A stretch of 64,000 bases of DNA from Desulfatiglandales bacterium. GTDB taxonomy: Bacteria > Desulfobacterota > DSM-4660 > Desulfatiglandales > Desulfatiglandaceae. Numbering within the stretch: the stretch's first letter is position 1; every line of letters begins with the position of its first letter. The translations under genes and the position numbers were made by a program. This document shows positions 10,813-19,059 of the stretch, piece by piece. The notes beneath the pieces were generated by a model. The model saw only the letters and a program-made list of their open reading frames with translations, was not told where the DNA came from and did not search any database. Location: contig OY759599.1 in the NCBI GenBank assembly GCA_963662465.1, positions 1,664,001 to 1,728,000 of the forward strand. The letters run 5' to 3'.

Positions 10813-13800
10813 TTACTGTTCATCCAGGAAGCGGTTGGCTTCCTGCCAGAACAGGGCCCAGGCCGCCGGCTTTTCGCCGCTGCTGATGTTCGCTCTAGCG
10901 GCGTCGAGCGCTCGAGACTGGGGTTGATTAAATGAAGAAGTCTGAATAACATTGGGGGTATCCGCAGCAAAAGAAACAGGCTTTACGGTCTGACTTTCAG
11001 GATTGTTGCAGAACTCATTTCTGATGTTGGCATCAGGTTTTTCTACTGCTTTGCCACCCTTTGGCTTTTCTAATTTTGCATTCCACCCAGCTTTAGGAAT
11101 ATCAGGTCGTTTACCGGCCTTTTTTAATTCAAGTTGCTTTTTGTGGATCTTATTCAAAAACTTAATGGCTCTTTCCCTGTCATTCCATTTGAATCCATCA
11201 AAGTTCTTTGCTTCAATCAAACCTCGTTGGATTATTGCCAAGATTTTCAACCTTTCTTCAAATGAAAGTCGATCCCACGCATTCAATAAATGTTCTTCGT
11301 GATCCTGGAATTCAAAATTCATGTATAGCATCATATTAAACGCAATCAGCGATAGCGTATCACTAGAGTCACCTCCATCATAAGCAAAGCGACCAGTTAT
11401 ATCTATTAATGTTAGCGGATTATTCAGGGCATATTGATATGGGTTGAGCGCCATGGGAGAATCCAGCAATGGCCATAGTGGTTCCCTGGACATAAATCTT
11501 CCTAAATTCGCATGGTAGTATCGTGCCCTCATCTGATACAGACCGTTGCTTCCCTCCTGCCGCACCTGCAAGGTACCCACAAAGGTGAAGGGTTGATCGC
11601 TGGTTCCTTCATGGGCCAGAAGTTTTCCGTAGGGGCTGTAAGCGTATGTGTCGGTAATGTCGCCGGCGGGGTTGGTGAGAAAGAGCGTATTGCCGATATG
11701 ATCGTAGTAGTAGAAAGCGACGCCATTGTCGTTGGCCGCTTCAATCAGATAAATGAGCTTTCCACCCGGAGTCAGGACGTAGAAGCGTTTCCAGGAACTT
11801 GCGGTCTCGTTGTATTCGGCCACCAGCGGCTTATTGCCCATTGCATAATTATAATAGTAATGAACAGTCGTAACATCCTGTTGCCGGGTGACCAGGTTAT
11901 TCAGGCCGTTGTAAGTCAGATTGGCATAGGCGGTGGCGGTCAGCCGGGTGGCACCGTCCCAGGTATAGGTCTGGCCGGGGGAGGCGGTCTGTCGGCCCTG
12001 ATTGTCATATGCATATCCAGCGGTCGTGACCTGGGATGCCGCATCAAATGTGAGGCTGTCCGTGCCTGACGTCAGGTACTCCGCCGGGTCCAGGGGCAGA
12101 TTGTATTCCAGCCGGGTTATCTCGCCAGCCGCGTTGTGAGTGTACTGCAAGTCGGCCAGAGCGCCGTGCTGAAGGCGGGTCAGACGGGAAGCGGCGTCCC
12201 AGGTGAAAGTGGTATTGATCCCGTTTGGGCGGGTTACTCCAGTAAGGCGGCCGTCGTTGTCGTAAGTGAAGTCGATGGTCGTTCCGGTCAGGCTGTCTGT
12301 GACGCGGGTAAGCAGGTCGCGGGCATCATAGGTGTAGGTCACGGCAAACAGATCATTGGCATAGGTGACTGTCTTGAGCCTGCCCCCGTCATCGTATGTC
12401 GCGCCGAAAGTGGTTCCGGGATTGGTGGTGGCCGTGACCTGGCCGGTTTCGTTGTAAGTGAAGGCGATGTCTTCCGCACTGAGGAGCCGGTTCTGGTTGT
12501 CATAGGTGAAATTCAGGTCCGGACCGGCGGAATACAGGCTTCGTAAGAGGTTGCCCGCATCATCATAGGTCCGGGTCTGGGTGGGACCACCCGGATAGGT
12601 AACCTGATTGAGCCTCCCCCGTGTGTCGTAGTCATACTCCCACAGCTTGCTCAGGGGGTCGGTCAGGCTCGCCAGCCGACCCATGTTGGTGTAGCTGAAA
12701 TTCCAGACACTTCCCTTGAGGTCTGTGATCCGATCCATCACGCCCAGACCGTTGCGTCGGTAGGTGGCGGCCCCGACCAGAGGGAGGGTCACTCCGGTCA
12801 GTCGGCCCGCGTTGTCGTACGAAAACGAGGTCTCCCGGGTGAGCGCGTCAGTTATTTTGGTCACGCGGGACATCTCATTCCGCGTGAAGGCGGTTTCCTG
12901 CTCCAGGGGATTTTTGATCTTACTGATGTGGCCCAGGGCGTCTCGGGTGATGGTGGTAGTCCGACCCAGGGGCGTGCTTTCGGAGGTGGGCAGACCCTCG
13001 TTGTCAAAGCCCGTGGTCCATTCATGCCCGCCGCCGTCCGTGACCTTATCCATCCATCCTCGGGAGTTGTATCCATACTGGATGGTGTTGCCGTTGGGAT
13101 CGGTGACCGACTGCTGCCGGTTCATATTGTCGTAGGCGTACTGACTTTTCTTGCCCCGGGCATTGGTGACTTCATCCACCCGGTCCATGAAATCATGTCT
13201 GAACAGGGTCTGCTTGGTGTCTGGATCGGTAATGGCGTTCAGGTTGCCGTTGGCGTCGTAGGCGTAATCATATTTTTTTCCGCGCTCATCAGTTATGGAT
13301 GTGACCTGGTTGTTGAGATCATAAGCGATCAGCACGGTCGCCCCCCCGGGCCGGGTGATCCGGGTCAGGCGCTTGTACGCATCATAGATGTAGGTGGTTA
13401 CGCCGGTGTCGGAATCCGTGGACGAGGCCAGGGTAGCGTCGTCGACATCGTAAGTATAGGTGGTCACGCCGCCTTCGGGATTGGTGGCTGTGAGGACCTG
13501 GCCGCGGTGATTGCAGGTGTAATTCCAGGTCTTGCCGGTCCGATCCGTATGGGCGGTCATATTCCCTTTGGCATCATAGGTAAACGTCTCCGATGTTTCG
13601 TCCGGATAGTCGATTTTCGTCAGATTGTAGAAGGTGAAATCTACAGTGTTGGCTGGGGTGTCGGGGTCGGCAACGGTCTGGGTCTGGGTCGTGTAGGTAA
13701 AGGTCAGGATCTTGCCGTCCGCGTTGGTAATGGCAGCCAGCTTGCCGGTGGGTTCATGGTAGGTGACCTGGGTGGCGCCGCCAGTGCGGTCGGTCATGGC

Positions 13801-15030
13801 CGTGACCTGGTTGCGGTCGTTTTTGGTCAGGACAAGCGGGTTTCCCTCGGCGTCGGTGAATTGGCTGGGCGGCACGTGGGCGTCGTTGTGGGCGTAGGCA
13901 CCGGTGCTGCTATCCGGATACGTGGCCCGGGTCACGTAGGGGTCCTCGTTATAGCTGAAAGTGGTCTCGTTGCCGTCGGCATCCTTCTGGCTGACCACCT
14001 TGATGCCGTAAAGGGGGTCGCCTTCTGCGTTCTTGTATCCCACATAGTCCCAGACATTTTGAAAATGGAAATAGGTCCCGCCTTTCGGGTTCTCCACTTT
14101 GGCCAGATTGTCGTAGTGGGTGCCGGAACTGGCGACCACGCTCCAGCGAAAGGTATGGGTGTTGCCCAGGGCATCGGTGATGGCGCGCAGGGCGGGCTGG
14201 TTGTTCATGTCTGCGGCGACTGTGTCATAAGCAAAGGTCACGGTGCGCGGATTGGCCGCGTCGGTGCGGTCGGAAATTTGGTATAAATAGCTTTGGCTGC
14301 TGAACGTGTCGTATGCAAACCGCAGCGTGCGGCCCAGGCCGTCGGTGATTTCCGCGATCCGTCCCCCATCGTAGGTGTAACTTAATTTATTGCCGTTGCG
14401 GTCCATGACATAGACAAGCTTTCCTTCCTCCCCGTAACCCGCTGCATAGTCATACACCAGGAGCCGGTCCCGCGACGGGTCCAGGATCCAGAAGCGGTTG
14501 ACTGGATTCCCGCTGGTGGCCGCGGAATAACGGATCGGCAAGGCATTTTCCCGGTAGCCTGCCGTATCCACTTCATTGAGCGCCCAGGTATCGCCGGTTT
14601 TGAGAAAGGATGCCTTTTCCCCGCCCGGGAGGATGACGTCATACCCGGATGTATCCCAGTTGACCGAGGCGGACAGGGGCGGCAGCCAGAAATAATTGGC
14701 ACCTCCATGGGTGGGGAAATAGTTTCGGGTCTCGCTCCACCAGTTGAAAATGGCCCGGTTGTATTTCAGGGCGCAGGACAGCCCCATGGGGCCGCCCAGG
14801 TTGAACAGGGGCAAGGCGTAATCAATGGACCCGCTGCCCGTGACTATGGGATCGCCACTCTTGAAATCATTTTCACCGATCAGGGTGTTGATGCTGCTGT
14901 AGCCGTTTTCGAAGTGGATTAGGGTAGCAAAAAGGGGATAGGGCCAGGCCAGGATGACCAGGGCGATTAACCCGGCCGCTCGCTGGGCGGCCCGACAAAA
15001 AAAGCTTTTTCTTTCTAATGGGTGTTTCAT
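10813..15030 (-). CDS. Secreted RHS/YD-repeat protein (DUF6531-like N-terminus, RHS core, unknown C-terminal tip)
   Basis: Signal peptide; GDPIVTGSG...LPLFNLGGPMG; many YDxxGRL repeats; core RARYY...GRFMSREP...NPYQYALNNPLTLIDITG. Confidence 0.92.
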   Translation of the reverse strand: MKHPLERKSFFCRAAQRAAGLIALVILAWPYPLFATLIHFENGYSSINTLIGENDFKSGDPIVTGSGSIDYALPLFNLGGPMGLSCALKYNRAIFNWWSETRNYFPTHGGANYFWLPPLSASVNWDTSGYDVILPGGEKASFLKTGDTWALNEVDTAGYRENALPIRYSAATSGNPVNRFWILDPSRDRLLVYDYAAGYGEEGKLVYVMDRNGNKLSYTYDGGRIAEITDGLGRTLRFAYDTFSSQSYLYQISDRTDAANPRTVTFAYDTVAADMNNQPALRAITDALGNTHTFRWSVVASSGTHYDNLAKVENPKGGTYFHFQNVWDYVGYKNAEGDPLYGIKVVSQKDADGNETTFSYNEDPYVTRATYPDSSTGAYAHNDAHVPPSQFTDAEGNPLVLTKNDRNQVTAMTDRTGGATQVTYHEPTGKLAAITNADGKILTFTYTTQTQTVADPDTPANTVDFTFYNLTKIDYPDETSETFTYDAKGNMTAHTDRTGKTWNYTCNHRGQVLTATNPEGGVTTYTYDVDDATLASSTDSDTGVTTYIYDAYKRLTRITRPGGATVLIAYDLNNQVTSITDERGKKYDYAYDANGNLNAITDPDTKQTLFRHDFMDRVDEVTNARGKKSQYAYDNMNRQQSVTDPNGNTIQYGYNSRGWMDKVTDGGGHEWTTGFDNEGLPTSESTPLGRTTTITRDALGHISKIKNPLEQETAFTRNEMSRVTKITDALTRETSFSYDNAGRLTGVTLPLVGAATYRRNGLGVMDRITDLKGSVWNFSYTNMGRLASLTDPLSKLWEYDYDTRGRLNQVTYPGGPTQTRTYDDAGNLLRSLYSAGPDLNFTYDNQNRLLSAEDIAFTYNETGQVTATTNPGTTFGATYDDGGRLKTVTYANDLFAVTYTYDARDLLTRVTDSLTGTTIDFTYDNDGRLTGVTRPNGINTTFTWDAASRLTRLQHGALADLQYTHNAAGEITRLEYNLPLDPAEYLTSGTDSLTFDAASQVTTAGYAYDNQGRQTASPGQTYTWDGATRLTATAYANLTYNGLNNLVTRQQDVTTVHYYYNYAMGNKPLVAEYNETASSWKRFYVLTPGGKLIYLIEAANDNGVAFYYYDHIGNTLFLTNPAGDITDTYAYSPYGKLLAHEGTSDQPFTFVGTLQVRQEGSNGLYQMRARYYHANLGRFMSREPLWPLLDSPMALNPYQYALNNPLTLIDITGRFAYDGGDSSDTLSLIAFNMMLYMNFEFQDHEEHLLNAWDRLSFEERLKILAIIQRGLIEAKNFDGFKWNDRERAIKFLNKIHKKQLELKKAGKRPDIPKAGWNAKLEKPKGGKAVEKPDANIRNEFCNNPESQTVKPVSFAADTPNVIQTSSFNQPQSRALDAARANISSGEKPAAWALFWQEANRFLDEQ

Positions 15031-15039
15031 GTTTCCTCC

Positions 15040-15438
15040 TTATAAAATGGAACTCTTCAAGGGTCGGCTCTTTTCAGAAATCAGCCTTGCAATTGTGAGT
15101 GGGAGTTCATCGAACAAAGCATCCTGAGCCATGCAGACGTCGGCTCGGAAATCTGGACGAAGGGCGTATATTTCCGGTCCGTAGGGGATGTAAACGATAA
15201 TTTTCATGTCAGGAGTTTGGGCTTTAATCTTCCGGCAGGCCTCCAGTCCGTCCAGACCCGGGAGCTGGACCTTCATGAGTACGAGGTCCGGGGCCAGGTC
15301 CTCCGCAAAGGCCACGGCGTCCGGACCGTTTGCGGCCATGCCCACGACAACGGCCATGCAGTTTTCTTCCAGGTGGGCCTTCAGGGCACGCCGGAAAAAG
15401 GGGTAATCATCGGCGATGAGGGTGCGGATACGGTGCAT
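15040..15438 (-). CDS. Stand-alone pseudo-receiver protein
   Basis: NarL-type REC sequence (LIADD...PDLVLMKVQLPGLDG) with Lys at the phosphoacceptor Asp. Confidence 0.75.
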   Translation of the reverse strand: MHRIRTLIADDYPFFRRALKAHLEENCMAVVVGMAANGPDAVAFAEDLAPDLVLMKVQLPGLDGLEACRKIKAQTPDMKIIVYIPYGPEIYALRPDFRADVCMAQDALFDELPLTIARLISEKSRPLKSSIL

Positions 15439-15545
15439 GTTGGATAAGGCCTTCCAAATTCAAGTTGATGCGTCAGAACTCAAATGCCGGGTTGGATCAT
15501 TTCAATCCCGGGCAGGAATGTCAATCAGGTGAATCCTGTATTTTT
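15439..15545 (-). promoter_or_regulatory. Repeated promoter cassette, copy 1 (others at 26882-26985 and 31983-32089)
   Basis: Near-identical ~105-bp block; minus strand reads TACAGGATTCACC(T/C)GA directly followed by TTGACA-17nt-AATGAT. Confidence 0.6.
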
Positions 15546-15614
15546 GAAAAAAAATAGGCTTGAAAACTTGAATCGCCCGAATGAAACGAATCGGTCGCGG
15601 CATGGTGGAAGGGT

Positions 15615-16821
15615 TTATATCAGGCCATGGGCCGCGGCATAGCGCACCAGATCGGCGGTGGTGTGGATGTTGAGCTTTTGCATGATATGGGTACGGTGGG
15701 TGTCTACGGTCTTGATGCTGATGTGCAGGATTTTGGCAATTTTCTTGTTACTGCGGCCCAATGAAATACGTTTCAGAACTTCCAGTTCCCGCGGCGTCAA
15801 TCGGGATTTGTTTGCGTTGCCTGTTGCGCCACCCGCGGACAACCGGGATGCAACCGCCGGGCTCACATAGGTTTCCCCTTTTCCCACGGTCTTTAGGGCG
15901 GTCATCAATTCGTCAAAGGTGTTTTCCTTGAGGAGAAAACCGTTCGCCCCCGCTTCCATGGCCTGTTGCAACAGGTCCGGGCCCGTGAGCATGGTCAACA
16001 GAAGAATCTTGACGGGCAGACCCTGTTCTTGAAGGATTTGCGCGATCTCCATGCCGGAAAAGAGCATGATCGTCGGCAAGAACAATACGCATCATGGCAT
16101 GGGGACCTCCACCTCGATGGCACATCCCTTTCCCTGGTCGCCCTGGATACGAATTTAACCCGCCGGGCTTCCGCATGCTTTTCCACATTGTGAAGGGCCT
16201 CCTGAACGATCCGGTGTAAATTTTCCCGATGGTCACCATCAGAAAGGCCATGCCCAGATCGCCGGGGGAAACGGGCCAAGCTATGCCAGTGACCCCCGAA
16301 GGAGTCCATTCGACCATCATGCCCGCCACAAGTCCGAGTATTCCCACGAGTACGGGTCCGGAGCCTTGCCTGTGACGAAGGAAGGCACGCACGGTCAGAA
16401 ACAGGGCTGTTCCCCCTGTACAGGCAGCCACCACAAAAAAGACCGTCAGCAGACAGGCGTAGGTTTTCAGCCCCGGAAGTAAAAAAAATGCAATGCTCAG
16501 TATGACTGAAGCAGCCATAAGCACGGTGATCCACAGCCCCCGGGAATGCGGATAAAGGTTCACGACAAATAACAGCCCGGCAGCGGGCAGAAGACAGGTC
16601 ATAACGAAGATCGCGCGCTGCACCGGGGGCGATTTGAGTCCCGCCGCGTTATACAGATACAGACTTTCCAGAACAAAAAGGGCCATATAGAGCCCCAGGA
16701 AAAGGGTAAAGGAGAGATAGTCCGGGCTTCTGACCTTCTGAGTAAACGCCATGTTATCCAAGGCCGGCTTCCAAGTCAATGCACAACTATTGCGATTCCG
16801 GCAATTGCAGTTTTGAGCTGA
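15615..16821 (-). pseudogene. Deleted duplicate of the NarL response regulator + histidine kinase pair at 32159-34941
   Basis: Colinear, near-identical DNA with four internal deletions and frameshifts. Confidence 0.9.
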
Positions 16822-17040
16822 AAGAGAAAGATATTTTTCACACGCTGGTTGCCGCCAAGCAAACGGATTTGAACAAACAGATTATTACCCGCATCGTGCG
16901 GGATCAAAAAAGCAAATTCCTTGCGACCGATTTTATCCTATAACGAAACCCCTTAAGTGCGCGGATGCATAAGCCCGGACTCGTCTGCCAGGGGACCCAA
17001 AGGCGGGATTAAGATCCGACGACGCTCCCCCAAAGGCCAC

Positions 17041-17187
17041 CCTCAATATATGGAGGTTCCACCAAATATTGAGGAGAAACCAACCCTTCTATGCGCTGCG
17101 CTACTCTCTCCTGTTAACCTAAAGACCTGTTATTAATCCATTAATCATAAATATTGCCGATTCGCGGTTGTTGGCAGGATAGTTGCA
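17041..17187 (+). promoter_or_regulatory. Orphan sigma54 enhancer/promoter cassette
   Basis: Paired CCNCNNNATATTGNGG-like boxes at 17041-17074; TTGGCAGGATAGTTGCA (GG-N10-GC) at 17171-17187; homologous to 57042-57189. Confidence 0.7.
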
Positions 17188-17334
17188 TTTCCAATTCTTG
17201 AGCAGAATATTTGCAATAACTATTCGCATGAGTTTGATCATCATACGAACGTCGGATCTTACATTTGAGCGTATCGGTGATCTGGTCAACTACAATTTAC
17301 CCGCGTTGCTCGGCGTTGTTAAAACCGACGATGC

Positions 17335-18758
17335 ACTTAGGGAATTCCCAAGAAATAAACTACCCAACTCCAGATTCAATAAGTACATCCCATTTGGGCA
17401 GTGTGTCGGAACGTTTAATTCTGTTTTCGTAAGGTTTCATTTCTTTTTTTGTAAGCCGGATTCCCTTCTTATATGCCTTTTCCACCAAAGTGACAATGGG
17501 CTTTATCCCTTTCCATGTCATCGTAGATGCCCAATTGACTGCTTTTGATATTGAATCCAATATTTCTCCGTTCCAATGTCCCTCCAATATTCCCCAACAT
17601 CTTTCAACCGGATTGTACTTACTATGATAGGGAGGATAATAAACCAGGCGGATTCGCAAACCTGTTTTGTCACTGAATTCGGTCATTCTGCGAATGAATT
17701 GAGTCCGACCGCTTGCTGAATTCGGACCATTGTCAAGATTGATAACCAACTCGTTTATATGAAGATAGGTAATTCTGTTTTTTTCCCACCACATCTCTAA
17801 ACAGTCAACGATGAAATCACTTGTTTCAAAAGATGTGCCGAAAAAAATAGAAAGCATTCCGCTCAAAACGTCAAGAATACCGTACGGAACCAATTTCATT
17901 TCGGGATTCATATCATGGTCTTCAGCTTTCTTCGCTTCCCGATCCCGTGACTTTCCGTTTCTTGAGAACTCGCCTATATTCACTTTTGCCTTGGCATCAA
18001 TAGAAATCCGATGAGAGTTGGGATTCTCATCAGAGTCACGGTTTGCCTTCCATACATTTTCAAATATTTCATCGACCTGTTTTATCTTTTTCGCAGGTTT
18101 GGATTTCAGGACTCGTTTCAGGTTGTATCCCATGCGGTTCAACATGTTGATCAGAGTGTTGTTAGAGGGAAGATCCTCACCGTCGTATCCTTTCTCATCA
18201 ATCAGTGCCTTTTTGAGAGCTTTTCCTGTAATTCTTGTATATGTGATAGAGCTTTTCATGGCAGGGTCCGCCTGAGTTTGAGGTTCTGCAAAGGATATTA
18301 TGTCTTCTTTAATACCGGGAATCGTGTCTTCTGTTTTCTTTTTTCCCCGTCCCTCAAAATTATCCATGCATCTGATCCCGCTTTCGGCTTCTTTAAGGCC
18401 TTTTGTTACACACTCTCTCCCCCATCCCATCTCCCGTTCGGCTTTGTATGCACTCCCGTTGAAATATTTCCTGGTAATGTCGGCCTGATATGCTCTTCTT
18501 TTGTAACCAGTCAGTCGTCTGCATGCATCTTTTATCAGATTTTTTGTTTCTCCGTTCATTCTTTTTACCCGTTACTTTTTTCAATGTATGAATTTCATGT
18601 CTTTCATACATTATGCTCATACCACCTCCTTCAATTTTTGTCCCCTCATTTTTTTAAATTGCGTTTCAATGCAAATAAAGATTCTGATGCATTTATCTTT
18701 TCAGGATAACATTATGTTTGAAATAATGCGTAGGTTATTTCTTGGGAATTCCCTAAGT
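17335..18758 (-). mobile_element. ISAzo13-family insertion sequence, apparently intact
   Basis: Perfect 24-bp inverted repeats ACTTAGGGAATTCCCAAGAAATAA at 17335-17358 and 18735-18758. Confidence 0.9.
17360..18559 (-). CDS. ISAzo13-family DDE transposase
   Basis: ISIDAKAKVNIGEFSR, DNGP, YYPPYHSKYNPVERCW motifs. Confidence 0.9.
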   Translation of the reverse strand: MNGETKNLIKDACRRLTGYKRRAYQADITRKYFNGSAYKAEREMGWGRECVTKGLKEAESGIRCMDNFEGRGKKKTEDTIPGIKEDIISFAEPQTQADPAMKSSITYTRITGKALKKALIDEKGYDGEDLPSNNTLINMLNRMGYNLKRVLKSKPAKKIKQVDEIFENVWKANRDSDENPNSHRISIDAKAKVNIGEFSRNGKSRDREAKKAEDHDMNPEMKLVPYGILDVLSGMLSIFFGTSFETSDFIVDCLEMWWEKNRITYLHINELVINLDNGPNSASGRTQFIRRMTEFSDKTGLRIRLVYYPPYHSKYNPVERCWGILEGHWNGEILDSISKAVNWASTMTWKGIKPIVTLVEKAYKKGIRLTKKEMKPYENRIKRSDTLPKWDVLIESGVG

Positions 18759-18832
18759 AATACCCCCTTCCCAATAAAACGATAGAGCCTTCTCTCTTAG
18801 GAGAGGTGAGTAGGATCATAGTAAATTGTACT

Positions 18833-18980
18833 CGCAAAAAGCTTGCCAACAAGCGAAGAAAGCTCAGGAATGTCTAATATGTCTGTAATAACAGTGGATT
18901 AAATTAACAGGATGGCGCAGCGGAAAAGTCTGGAATGATCGCTTTCCCTCAGCATACTGCAGTTCCACCAAACATTGAGG
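18833..18980 (-). promoter_or_regulatory. Minus-strand sigma54 promoter with nearby paired UAS boxes
   Basis: Minus strand TTGGCAAGCTTTTTGCG (18849-18833); boxes at 18947-18980; 18860-18901 is an inverted near-copy of 37570-37611. Confidence 0.6.
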
Positions 18981-19059
18981 GCTAACCAATGATATCAACT
19001 TTCTTTATGCTTGCTATCATTTCCTACAATAAGTTGTTGCCCTGATATCTGTTTCACGT

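Noticed and set aside
1509..14286. Long antisense ORFs (e.g. 1509-2642, 8562-9539, 12928-14286)
   Set aside because: Shadow frames of well-supported GC-rich genes with no recognisable motifs.
16955..17035. Group II intron 5' end (GTGCG) or other structured RNA
   Set aside because: Only a short motif; no supporting domain I structure could be identified by eye.
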